Shown here in pieces: positions 37,203 to 46,312 of a stretch of DNA of 64,000 nt (position 1 is the first letter of the stretch; the number at the start of each line of letters is the position of its first letter). Both the position numbers and the translations under genes were made by a program. The notes beneath the pieces are model-generated. The model was not told where the DNA came from. It worked only from the letters and a program-made list of their open reading frames with translations, and did no database searches. Origin of the DNA: a virus (lineage: Duplodnaviria > Caudoviricetes). The stretch lies in IMG/VR virus record IMGVR_UViG_3300046522_000316, positions 1 through 64,000 of that record. One strand, written 5' to 3'.

Positions 37203-38843
37203 TTAATTCTCTTGGAAGCTGATAGAGGAACCGAAATTGCGGATATCGGCGGTCAGGGAAGCACGGCGGGCCGGAATGCTCGGGTCGATAACGAAATCGA
37301 GGTTGATATCGTTATTCGCGATATCTGCCGGTTTGTTGTTACGGCTGTCGCAAATGGTTTCCCATTCGTACAAACCGCGACCGCGTTTTACCGTTGCTGC
37401 TTCGGCGTCCACGATGTTTTTCAGCTGCTTGCGTTCGTAATCGTCGGCAGGGTTGAAAACCGATGGCAGGAAAGCACGACGAATCATTGCTTTGATGCCG
37501 TTTACCAGACGACGCACGTTCACGTTCTGGAAACCAGACGCGAAGTTTTGCAGGGTCAGCTGTTCCATGATCACGAAACCACGGCCCGGAATTCGACGCA
37601 CGTAGTTGATTTGCGCCTGTTCCAAAGCGTTGCGTTCGCGCAGGCTGTATTTCTTGGAAAGATCCGTGACTTTTACCTGACCACGATTCAAACCAGCCGG
37701 TGCCCAGTAGTAGGCACGCACGCGGTCGGTGTACGCGTATTGCGCAGCAACCAAACCGGAAATCGGGCAAAAGAATTTCTTGCCGGAAACGTCGTCGGTA
37801 ATCTGACCACGCGGGCCGTACATTGCCGAGTAGCTGGAACTCAGGTTCAGGATATTGCGGCGGTAGTTCACAGCACGCGAAACTTCTTCGTATTCGTGCG
37901 GCAAATCAACAACCGAAATCGCGTCACCGCGTGCAGTTGCTACGGCGTCAATGCGACGGTGAATGATCGGGTTTTCGTAACCGCAACCAACCAGCAATTG
38001 CACTGCGAATTGATCGGTATCGTCGATGCCTTCCCACGCGTTGCTAACTTCGGCCACGGTTGCGCGCACGCCATCGGCGCCGCCATCCAGACGTTCGAAA
38101 GCGGAAGTGCGGATTTCAACCGGTGGGCAAAGCGAATTGTTTTTCACTTTGATGTATTGCGAGAATGCGTTTACACGCGACTCGACAAACATCTGATTGC
38201 CTTCGCCATCCAGTTCGAATTTACGCGAACACAGATACGATTCAACCGGAATGCTGGCGCTGCCCTGATAGTTCAGGAAAACTTCCAGATAGAAATGCGT
38301 CGGGTCATTGAATTCACCGACTTCGGTTCCTTCCGGGTTTGCCGGGCGAACCAATACAGTCAGTGCGCCAGCCCAATCGCCGGGGCTATTCGCGCAAACG
38401 TAAAGCAAAGCGTTTTTAACGCCCGGCTCATTTACGTTGAAACCCAACACGTCGAGCGGATTCCCCAATACGCCTTGCGGTTTGTTGGTTCCATCGTCGA
38501 AATTCACCAGTTTAATAACTGGTTCCAATGCAGCGCTATCGTCAACCGAAAGGTAGGCGCCAGCGGTGCGGGCGGTATCGGCGTTTACTGCGCGTTTAAT
38601 CCACATTGCGGTTTGCACCAAAACGTGTTCTGCGCAATGCATGCCGTAGCCGTATTTGGAATAGTTCTTGTCACCGAACTTTTCCTTCAAATCTTGCGTA
38701 TCGGTAACGTAAATCCATTCCGACGTAGAGCCGCGAGCGGACTCGATCACAGCAGCCGCAATAGAGCTAATGACCGGCGAACCGCGTTGACTTACGTCGC
38801 GATCCTGATCATAAACCCCAGCGCTGGAGTTTGTAAAAGCCAT
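37203..38843 (-). CDS. tail sheath protein 2
   Basis: SAGVYDQDRD; YWAPAGLNRG; QNVNVRRL...FNPAD. Confidence 0.9.
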   Translation of the reverse strand: MAFTNSSAGVYDQDRDVSQRGSPVISSIAAAVIESARGSTSEWIYVTDTQDLKEKFGDKNYSKYGYGMHCAEHVLVQTAMWIKRAVNADTARTAGAYLSVDDSAALEPVIKLVNFDDGTNKPQGVLGNPLDVLGFNVNEPGVKNALLYVCANSPGDWAGALTVLVRPANPEGTEVGEFNDPTHFYLEVFLNYQGSASIPVESYLCSRKFELDGEGNQMFVESRVNAFSQYIKVKNNSLCPPVEIRTSAFERLDGGADGVRATVAEVSNAWEGIDDTDQFAVQLLVGCGYENPIIHRRIDAVATARGDAISVVDLPHEYEEVSRAVNYRRNILNLSSSYSAMYGPRGQITDDVSGKKFFCPISGLVAAQYAYTDRVRAYYWAPAGLNRGQVKVTDLSKKYSLRERNALEQAQINYVRRIPGRGFVIMEQLTLQNFASGFQNVNVRRLVNGIKAMIRRAFLPSVFNPADDYERKQLKNIVDAEAATVKRGRGLYEWETICDSRNNKPADIANNDINLDFVIDPSIPARRASLTADIRNFGSSISFQEN

Positions 38844-38910
38844 GGGTGAATCCCCTTATATGGTTGGAATACGGGAAATTAAGAATCGCGAATAAACGCA
38901 TTTCCTGTAT

Positions 38911-38919
38911 TTAAATTAC
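38911..38919 (-). promoter_or_regulatory. candidate late promoter GTAATTTAA
   Basis: Intergenic, upstream of sheath 2. Confidence 0.55.
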
Positions 38920-38939
38920 GCAAAGGGGATTTCAGGCAA

Positions 38940-38963
38940 CAAAAAAGGGGCCATATAGGCCCC
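38940..38963 (-). terminator. intrinsic terminator
   Basis: GGGGCC/GGCCCC stem plus U6. Confidence 0.7.
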
Positions 38964-38987
38964 CGCTTTGTATTGCATTTGTAATGA

Positions 38988-39767
38988 TTAATCAGCGAAG
39001 AATTCATCATCGCTTTGTTCGAGTTCGGCATTCAATTCACGTTGCCGCGCATCCTCTTTCAGGTAGCGTTTAAACAGAACGATTGCCCACGCTTCATTGC
39101 CATCACGCCATTCGAGAATCGCCGGGGTGAATGGCTTTTCCATAAGGAATGCCATATGGCGCAGGATTTGCGAATGACGTTTACGCATAAACGATTCAAT
39201 GTAATCCGGAATCTTGTGCGGTTCGTGGCGAAAGATTCGCAGCTTCACGTAACTGAATACCAACGCTTCCAGATTGTCGTCTTCCATGAACTCGGTTGAT
39301 TCGTGGAATATTGCAACGATTTTCTGTTTGTCGGCGGCACTGAAACGCATGATCTTGTCGGGATGCGACAGCTGTTTAATCATGCGGTAGATTTCGTCAA
39401 TCGCGACGGTCTGCTCTTCTTCCTTTTTCTTTCTTACAGGCTCATTCGGATTGTTCGGATCATACTCAATCTCTTCCTCAAAATATTCGTTGTCATCACG
39501 ACGATTTTTATTCGGATCGAAATCGTCAAGGGCTGCGATCTTTGCTTTAATGATTCCCCGGCGCATATCCTCCGGTGGCAGATCCATATCCGCATCGACT
39601 TCCTCTTCGTCGTCGCCATCCTCTTCAATGCCGTCGCACATACCGCCGAGCGCGTGTTCGCATTTGGCGCTAAGCCAGCTGTAACCATGCTCAAGCATTT
39701 CAATAAACTTGTGCAGGTTCTCTTCGTCGGTTTTGATTTCTTCGAATTTCTTGAGTGAAATTGTCAT
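38988..39767 (-). CDS. J-domain-like (DnaJ type III) protein
   Basis: IYRMIKQLSHPDK followed by helix IVAIFHESTEF. Confidence 0.65.
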   Translation of the reverse strand: MTISLKKFEEIKTDEENLHKFIEMLEHGYSWLSAKCEHALGGMCDGIEEDGDDEEEVDADMDLPPEDMRRGIIKAKIAALDDFDPNKNRRDDNEYFEEEIEYDPNNPNEPVRKKKEEEQTVAIDEIYRMIKQLSHPDKIMRFSAADKQKIVAIFHESTEFMEDDNLEALVFSYVKLRIFRHEPHKIPDYIESFMRKRHSQILRHMAFLMEKPFTPAILEWRDGNEAWAIVLFKRYLKEDARQRELNAELEQSDDEFFAD

Positions 39768-40633
39768 AGCATGTCCATCAAGTCGGCCTTATCACTGCGC
39801 TTGCTGTTCAACATAAAAGCAAACTGCATTGGCATTCGCATTTTCTCCGCAAAGAACGTAACCGGGTCGCACCCGTTCACTACAACGATTCGCGGAATGT
39901 TATCGTATTTCTCAAGAAGGTCACGCACCTTTTCGAGTTTGTGTGGCGTGGAATCCGGCCCCACGTTTGCAATGATCAACATCGAAATATTGCGGCGTTG
40001 TTTTTCATCGCGTAATTCGTCTTGATACCCGCCCATAACCCGGTGCCAGATCGGAAGCAGTTTCCCTTTGTGCGAACCGGAACGCTGCTGATCAATGGCG
40101 GCATCCATGATGCTCATTGCCATAAACTTTGCGCGTTCATCGGTAGCCATGGAACCAATGCCGATAATGGGCGAACCGTGTAGCGGATTTGTCAGCATGC
40201 GATAACAGGATTCAATCTGTCGCTTCACACTGGTTTTTGCAATCTGGTAATCCTCCGGCAACCATTTCGGCACCATCGGAGTAATGGAGACAAGCGCGTC
40301 ATCTAGCAGGAACGGGCTGCGCATTACTTGCAATGCAGTCCCGTCCACGCCTTGAGCTTTCAGCAGTTTTACACGATCCGATTCAAACCGGAATTTCAGA
40401 GTTGGTGCAGGCATCCGCGCTGGTGCCGACACTTTCCCTTTCGGTTTTTTAATGCTGTTTACTTTCTCCACTACGGCGCGTTTACGCGGCTTGATGGAAC
40501 TGACTTTTTCTTGCTCCTTGCTTGCCTCTTCTTCCAACCGCTCGAACTTCAATTTCTTGAGCGGTTTTTCTTCCTTAAATTTCAGTTCCGAGGACAAGCT
40601 GCGTTTCTTGACTGGCTTCAATTCCTTTGCCAT
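39764..40633 (-). CDS. hypothetical protein, possible degenerate P-loop/AAA+ fold
   Basis: PIIGIGSMATDERAK strand-loop-helix, MLIIANVG, RIVVVNG; no intact GKT. Confidence 0.55.
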   Translation of the reverse strand: MAKELKPVKKRSLSSELKFKEEKPLKKLKFERLEEEASKEQEKVSSIKPRKRAVVEKVNSIKKPKGKVSAPARMPAPTLKFRFESDRVKLLKAQGVDGTALQVMRSPFLLDDALVSITPMVPKWLPEDYQIAKTSVKRQIESCYRMLTNPLHGSPIIGIGSMATDERAKFMAMSIMDAAIDQQRSGSHKGKLLPIWHRVMGGYQDELRDEKQRRNISMLIIANVGPDSTPHKLEKVRDLLEKYDNIPRIVVVNGCDPVTFFAEKMRMPMQFAFMLNSKRSDKADLMDML

Positions 40634-40669
40634 CAGAGTGTCCTGTAGTGTAGGTGGATGGATATGGTA

Positions 40670-40678
40670 TATTTACAG
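40670..40678 (-). promoter_or_regulatory. candidate phage promoter motif CTGTAAATA
   Basis: About 37 nt before start 40633. Confidence 0.5.
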
Positions 40679-40830
40679 TATTCGACCGCCCTGTAATATC
40701 CGTGGCGCAGTCTGCACGCATACGTTGAAGCGTGTCAGACATAGCCGCATTAAAGCGCGCAAGGTGGATTTCCATTTCTTCCATCTGGATTTGCGGCCAG
40801 CCGTTTTCGGGTACGGTGCAACCGCGAACA

Positions 40831-41181
40831 CTACGGATATTTTGCAAAGCGCGCCTCCATTTCTTCACGATGAAATTCGAACGTTTCTTGCGAAACTTCC
40901 ACAGTGCGACCATCGGCGTAACCGATTTTAAAAACCGGCATTCCGTTAGGGCCACTCGGATCAGCGATCAGTTCCACAACCAAATTGCGGTCAGTGGTTT
41001 GGTGCTGCACAATGACAATACCGCCGCCGACCGTGTAATGCACCTGTTCGCCTTCGCGAAGCTTGGGAACGTAGCGGGACATTTGGCCGCGTGGCATTAC
41101 CTGAACGTGATCAAGTTCGCGCTGTTCGTATTTACCGTTCGCACAAACATTGAGCATTTGTCGTTCGTGTTCCAGTTCCAT
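40831..41181 (-). CDS. hypothetical protein
   Basis: 116 aa; start may be internal. Confidence 0.55.
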   Translation of the reverse strand: MELEHERQMLNVCANGKYEQRELDHVQVMPRGQMSRYVPKLREGEQVHYTVGGGIVIVQHQTTDRNLVVELIADPSGPNGMPVFKIGYADGRTVEVSQETFEFHREEMEARFAKYP

Positions 41182-41419
41182 ACATCACCTCGTCAAAAGG
41201 GTGTGGAATATCAAAAGTTTTCAGAGCCTGACGCATGCCCGCATCAAAGCCCGATGGGTCAATGCCGCTCGAATCACACTCAGCCCACAACCGATTATTT
41301 TCCATCATGTTGTGTTTTCCGTGCTTGCGCAATTCGGAACGAACATAAGCAACACCCGCGTCGAAGTCTTCTTCGTAATTGCGGATGCCAAAAAGTTTAC
41401 GCAGAATTTCCTTTATCAT
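41132..41419 (-). CDS. hypothetical protein
   Basis: MIKEILRKLFG start minimises overlap. Confidence 0.6.
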   Translation of the reverse strand: MIKEILRKLFGIRNYEEDFDAGVAYVRSELRKHGKHNMMENNRLWAECDSSGIDPSGFDAGMRQALKTFDIPHPFDEVMYGTGTRTTNAQCLCER

Positions 41420-41723
41420 AAGTCGGTTTCCCATCGACGCACTTTGGCCGATTATCAGGGAACGCAGGATCATCGAGAACTCGAAGAATCCCTACGTCAA
41501 GCCACGTTGTCCATTGCCCACATTTCCCGCATTTAAGCTGATCGTGTTGCATGGTTGGAGTATTTGCTTTCATTTCTGCCCAGCAATTGTCGGGCATGTT
41601 GGAATCCCACGTCTTGCAATGTGGGCAGCACTGCGAAGAATAGCGCTGTTCACCAATCACTTTTCGTTCGCCACGTTCGGCCCAGCTTTTGAGCCATTTA
41701 TAAAAACGCTTACGAATTGCCAT
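41397..41723 (-). CDS. Zn-ribbon hypothetical protein
   Basis: CPHC...CGKC. Confidence 0.65.
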   Translation of the reverse strand: MAIRKRFYKWLKSWAERGERKVIGEQRYSSQCCPHCKTWDSNMPDNCWAEMKANTPTMQHDQLKCGKCGQWTTWLDVGILRVLDDPAFPDNRPKCVDGKPTYDKGNSA

Positions 41724-41981
41724 TTAGCATTCCTTCAGTTTTTTAGTCGTGGCTGCGATAGCCCGGTTACGATGCTTTGCGGCCCGGCGTTCGGCGCGAT
41801 TGCCTGCCGGGTGTGCTGTGCCAATGATTGGTGCTGGCAGCAGCGCCGCAACATCTTCCCCCGCATCCCGACGTGCCTGCAATTCTTTGAAATGATGCAA
41901 ACGGTCGCGTGCCTCTTCTGCCGTTAGTTGCAATATTTCTGCGTCGGTCAACATTCGTGTGAAATGCGGATCAGGATTCAT
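41724..41981 (-). CDS. small hypothetical protein with NRAERR motif
   Basis: 85 aa; similar to neighbour. Confidence 0.65.
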   Translation of the reverse strand: MNPDPHFTRMLTDAEILQLTAEEARDRLHHFKELQARRDAGEDVAALLPAPIIGTAHPAGNRAERRAAKHRNRAIAATTKKLKEC

Positions 41982-42221
41982 TTATTTTCCCCGGTGTTTC
42001 ATTGCGCGACGTTCAGCACGGTTCGGCTTGCGGCCACGCGTGAACAGTTCGTTGGTGTTTACCGCGACGATATCCGGGTTCAACATCTTCAGAAATTTCA
42101 GACCGGCTTCACGATCCGTTGCCATCAGTTGACGCAGGGAATCAGCGAGCGCTTTTTCCTGTTCTTCCTTCGACATTTTCAGGATTTCTTGCTCGGTCAG
42201 TATTCCTTGTTTTTCTTCCAT
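41982..42221 (-). CDS. small hypothetical protein with NRAERR motif
   Basis: 79 aa; similar to neighbour. Confidence 0.65.
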   Translation of the reverse strand: MEEKQGILTEQEILKMSKEEQEKALADSLRQLMATDREAGLKFLKMLNPDIVAVNTNELFTRGRKPNRAERRAMKHRGK

Positions 42222-43879
42222 TTCGATTTTCTCTCAGCCTTGTTTTCGTTGTTCCGCTTTTTGATGCCAGCACTCAGTTTGCCGAACATCCCGCCGAACA
42301 TGCTTTGCCCATCGTTGTGTGCGACTTTGGAAACTACAACTTCCTGTTCTGGATCGAAGTCTTCGCCAATATCACGTTTAACATTTCGCAGCCATTGCGT
42401 CATGCGTTCTGCCGCAACTTCGGTTGGCTGGTGTTTGAATTCAATCGCCTGCTTCCACGTGTTCGCGCAATATTTCAATGAGGCCTGCGCGCCGGTGTCC
42501 ACGAAGAAACGAATCACCGGTTGGCGCTTGTCAGGATCAGGCGTCAAAATACGCGAACTTTCCTGTTTCCAGTTTGGCTCGTTATTCATCGGCATGACGT
42601 AGTACAGGCACGACCACGGTTTGATGTTGATACCACGTTGCAGCAATCGACGGATACCTACAACCACGCGAATTTTACGCTCGGACGCCAGCTGTTTAAT
42701 CCGGTCACGATCCAACTTGTTTTTCTTGCCACCGCCACCAACGAACGCGGCTGCGACTTCGTAACCGACAATCGTATTTACACGTTTGACGATTTCGAAA
42801 ATGTGATCCTTGAAATGGCAGGGAATCACAATACTGTGCCCGGCCTCAAGGTCTTTCAGAATCCACTGAATAATGAAATCGTTTCGCTTCTTGTTATTCG
42901 CCAGCGATTTGCCAAGCTTCACAAAGCCCGGCTTGCCTTTGAATACACCTTTCGATTTCATGCCGGTATCGACGGCGAGCATTTTCGCCACCAGCTGCGC
43001 ACGCAGGATTTTGGATTTGACTTCACCGATTACAAGCGTGGTGATTTTGTCTTTTCCGTCCTTACGTTTTTCCGTACCGGTACAGCCGAAACGGTAACGC
43101 ATTTTCAGATTGTTCATGACGTTTGCAAACTCCGGGGCGCCGGTCGCTTGCACTTCGTCCACTACCACAGTGCCGAACGTTTTGTTGCAGGCCTTCAACA
43201 GCTTGCGGCCATTCTTGCTCAGGAAACTTTGGTAGGTGATGATCCCGATTTGAATGTCTTCGAGGTCTTCGATTTTCTTGATAAAACCGTAAAGCTTTTT
43301 GCCTGTCTTTTCCTGCAATGCTGGCAGGTTGGTAGACTCTTCGATATCCCCGATGAACTGATTCAGGAAGTCGTATTGGTCGGCCATCAACAGGACTTTG
43401 TGCCCAAGTTCAATTGCCAGTTTTAGTGCAGTAAGCGATTTACCGGAACGGGGCGGAAGCACGAAAAGGCCGTACTTGGCCTCTTTCATTCGCTTAACGG
43501 TTTTCACCTGATAGCTGAACCAGTCGCGGTCTTCGCCAAGGTTGATTTTTACTTTGTAATCGAAGGGAGAACGAGTGCGCTTATCCACGATTTTGTAATC
43601 GTCGAAATCAATGCGCATTTTTGCTTCGATGTTTTGCCGGTCGCCCAGTGGCAGGCCGATGTACTCTTTATTCCCGATTACAGCGGGCCGGGCCAGCCGG
43701 TACGAACCGTTAAAGTTCTCGCAACCCTTACAGGCTGCTACCGGGCGTTCTGGCCGTAGCTCGCAACTTCGACAACCCTGATCGGAAAAGAAGTCATGAG
43801 AATATTCCTTCGTGACTAGCCTTTCCTTCAGGTCGAATTTCGGAATGTACATCTTATCCGATACGATTATTTTTCCCAT
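42197..43879 (-). CDS. superfamily 2 DNA helicase (UvsW-like) with N-terminal Zn finger
   Basis: PPRSGKS, VVVDEVQ, GCTGT, LQRGINI; CRSC...CKGC. Confidence 0.9.
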   Translation of the reverse strand: MGKIIVSDKMYIPKFDLKERLVTKEYSHDFFSDQGCRSCELRPERPVAACKGCENFNGSYRLARPAVIGNKEYIGLPLGDRQNIEAKMRIDFDDYKIVDKRTRSPFDYKVKINLGEDRDWFSYQVKTVKRMKEAKYGLFVLPPRSGKSLTALKLAIELGHKVLLMADQYDFLNQFIGDIEESTNLPALQEKTGKKLYGFIKKIEDLEDIQIGIITYQSFLSKNGRKLLKACNKTFGTVVVDEVQATGAPEFANVMNNLKMRYRFGCTGTEKRKDGKDKITTLVIGEVKSKILRAQLVAKMLAVDTGMKSKGVFKGKPGFVKLGKSLANNKKRNDFIIQWILKDLEAGHSIVIPCHFKDHIFEIVKRVNTIVGYEVAAAFVGGGGKKNKLDRDRIKQLASERKIRVVVGIRRLLQRGINIKPWSCLYYVMPMNNEPNWKQESSRILTPDPDKRQPVIRFFVDTGAQASLKYCANTWKQAIEFKHQPTEVAAERMTQWLRNVKRDIGEDFDPEQEVVVSKVAHNDGQSMFGGMFGKLSAGIKKRNNENKAERKSKWKKNKEY

Positions 43880-43891
43880 GCACTCACTTCG

Positions 43892-44320
43892 TTAAAACTT
43901 CGGATAAAGGTGGCGGTATTCCTCCGTCATACTGAATTCGCTACCGATGTGAATATTGAAACGATATTCGCTGTCGGCGGTCATCCTGTTAACGCAGTCG
44001 ATCAAGTCTTTGGCGGGCCAGTTACGGGCGTAAACATTCATGCGGGTACGTGGTGTATTTACAGTCTCCAGCGCCCGCACACAATGCAGAAAAACTTCGT
44101 CGAGATTCGTATAGGTCGCGACCACAAGGGCCGGGCAACCTTTGTGGAAAAGCACCGGCACAATCGGATCGTCTTCCGAAAACAATTCGTGATGATCGCC
44201 GGTTTTAAATTGCTGCATCGTCGTGTACAAAGTCCACGATGGTTTCGGGCCGGGCAGCATTACCACGGGCGGCGCGCTATTCGGGAAACCTTCCTGCCGC
44301 GTCCATTCGATTTTATCCAT
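43892..44320 (-). CDS. hypothetical protein
   Basis: Start MDKIEW at 44320. Confidence 0.6.
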   Translation of the reverse strand: MDKIEWTRQEGFPNSAPPVVMLPGPKPSWTLYTTMQQFKTGDHHELFSEDDPIVPVLFHKGCPALVVATYTNLDEVFLHCVRALETVNTPRTRMNVYARNWPAKDLIDCVNRMTADSEYRFNIHIGSEFSMTEEYRHLYPKF

Positions 44321-44636
44321 TGAGGTATGTCCCAAGAATTGGATTGTGGGCCAGCGTGATTTGCGGAAGTTCGGTAAACACATAATTCTGTGCCGTGCGA
44401 ATAATTCCGTGATTTGCCAACTGCAATTCGAACACGATGAAAGTTCCTTCCGGGTAGGAATCCACCATGTTGTGCATCAGCGGCCACAAATCGTGAACGT
44501 CATCCAGTTGGTGCTGGAAAACTTCGTTGAAACGGTCACGGCAATGGCTGAACATACTGCGCAGGGTATCGGGATGCATCGTGTGATCATGCACCACGAC
44601 CAGAACGCGCTTTGTCGTTACGGTAGTCACATTCAT
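44313..44636 (-). CDS. hypothetical protein
   Basis: 107 aa ORF in operon. Confidence 0.65.
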   Translation of the reverse strand: MNVTTVTTKRVLVVVHDHTMHPDTLRSMFSHCRDRFNEVFQHQLDDVHDLWPLMHNMVDSYPEGTFIVFELQLANHGIIRTAQNYVFTELPQITLAHNPILGTYLNG

Positions 44637-44947
44637 TTCAAACCACCAATCATTTTCCGTTGATAATCGTCCAGTTCAAACACGACGGACAGCCCACGTT
44701 CCAGCAGCGCGAAAACAATCCCGCGCAACATGTTCAGGTCTTCGGTATAAACCGCGACCAGCACAGGTTCCTTAGAGGCATTCGTGTACTCTGCAATTTC
44801 GTCATGAAATTGTTGAAGGTCGTCGGTCGAACCTTCGGTATCCAGCATGATAATGCTGTTGCACCGATTGATGCGAGTGCCGAGATAGCGCTCGTAAAGT
44901 TCGTCGTTGGAAACTTCTTTTTCTGCGTACACAAATGCCGTGTTCAT
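44633..44947 (-). CDS. hypothetical protein
   Basis: 104 aa, ATGA coupling. Confidence 0.65.
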   Translation of the reverse strand: MNTAFVYAEKEVSNDELYERYLGTRINRCNSIIMLDTEGSTDDLQQFHDEIAEYTNASKEPVLVAVYTEDLNMLRGIVFALLERGLSVVFELDDYQRKMIGGLK

Positions 44948-45489
44948 AGGATTACTTGCTCCGGTCTGGAAAGAACTTTAATGACCTCGACAAGGTTCTT
45001 AAACATAAAGCCTGCCTTGTCGATATCTTCGATAACAATGCTCGCGGATTTCTCCAGCGTTTTTACTTCGTCGTAGAAGTCGTAGAAATCACGCATCACG
45101 GCTTCCACAAATGCTTTACGTTCAGCCTGTGCGCCGACGCGTTTCAAAGTGTCGCCGTATTCGGCACACAGATAATCGCGCAGCTTCGACAACGTGCGTT
45201 CCATGGCGTTGCTGATCTTCGTACATTGTCCGAGGATTTCAGCGCAACGGCTGCGCGTAGACTGGTCTTGCAACATCGCTTCACAAACTTTTTCAGGGAA
45301 TGAACGCGTGCGTTTGCGTTTCAGTTCGCGGGTCAGTCGTGTGGTGTGAAGGCGTTGCAATTCTTCGTGGTATTCTTCGAAGTCGATGTTGTACGCCGGG
45401 TTGCCCCGGAAGTTTTCGAGGAATTGCTGATAGCGCTGATTCTTTTTAATCACGCGCCGCATTGCCTTCAACTCTTCACGATTACTCAT
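44944..45489 (-). CDS. helical coiled-coil protein, possibly UvsY-like recombination mediator
   Basis: All-helical 181 aa near helicase; family call is weak. Confidence 0.45.
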   Translation of the reverse strand: MSNREELKAMRRVIKKNQRYQQFLENFRGNPAYNIDFEEYHEELQRLHTTRLTRELKRKRTRSFPEKVCEAMLQDQSTRSRCAEILGQCTKISNAMERTLSKLRDYLCAEYGDTLKRVGAQAERKAFVEAVMRDFYDFYDEVKTLEKSASIVIEDIDKAGFMFKNLVEVIKVLSRPEQVIL

Positions 45490-45865
45490 TCACGTCCTCT
45501 TCCGGCGCCAGCTGCGTGCCGAAGTGTCCCGACATTGTGATGGTGATTTCCGCAACGCTCAACACGAATTCTTGATTGATTTCGGTCAGGTTGGAATATT
45601 CAGGCTCAGCCCACGGAAAGATCCGCCAGTTCTCGCGATACCAGATACCGGCCTCGAAAGGTTCTGCGTCCTCTTCGCTTTCGAACTGTGCGCGATGTTC
45701 GTAAACAGCTTCGCACAATTCACGGATCGAATCGGAATAACGTTCGCGATCCACTTCCGTTTGCTGATCCCAGTTCGGGTAATGCTTGATCCCGCAAACC
45801 TTGGCAAACGTGTAGATCATCGAACACAAAAGTTCTGCGTGTTCGGGTTCTTCGAAGTAGCGCAT
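45482..45865 (-). CDS. hypothetical protein
   Basis: 127 aa ORF in operon. Confidence 0.65.
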   Translation of the reverse strand: MRYFEEPEHAELLCSMIYTFAKVCGIKHYPNWDQQTEVDRERYSDSIRELCEAVYEHRAQFESEEDAEPFEAGIWYRENWRIFPWAEPEYSNLTEINQEFVLSVAEITITMSGHFGTQLAPEEDVNE

Positions 45866-46312
45866 TTATGTGGCCTCAGTCACAAGGTAAGGGGAAACCG
45901 CGTTGCCGCTGATTGCCAGTACCGAACCTGCTGTGCTTTTGAATAGTTGGAGTTTTTGTCGGTGCGATGTGATCGGGTGCGGGCGGTAGTCGTGTTTCTC
46001 TTTTTTGTTGCAGGAAATAATCAACTTGTGCGCCGCAAGCTCAACCTTTGACACGTCCGTGATAACGAACAGATGGCCGTAAATGGAACGACGTTTATTC
46101 ACGAAGTTATACATTTTACAGAATCTGTTCAGTACCTCGGGATTTTCGTAGTCGATCATGACAGGCTGATCAACCAACTGGCGAAAGAACAGTCCGATAT
46201 GGTGGCCGTCGTGGGCCGTGCCGAAATCTTCGAACGTATCAACTTGGGCGACCGTGTGACTGAACGTATCGGCCAAGCTGAAAATCGGACTGATATTACT
46301 TCGCTTCATCAT
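45866..46312 (-). CDS. hypothetical protein
   Basis: 148 aa ORF in operon. Confidence 0.65.
   Translation of the reverse strand: MMKRSNISPIFSLADTFSHTVAQVDTFEDFGTAHDGHHIGLFFRQLVDQPVMIDYENPEVLNRFCKMYNFVNKRRSIYGHLFVITDVSKVELAAHKLIISCNKKEKHDYRPHPITSHRQKLQLFKSTAGSVLAISGNAVSPYLVTEAT

Noticed and set aside
34018-37206. 1062-aa plus-strand ORF
   Set aside because: Mirror of fibre/Ig genes; stop-free because TTA/CTA/TCA are rare in that register.
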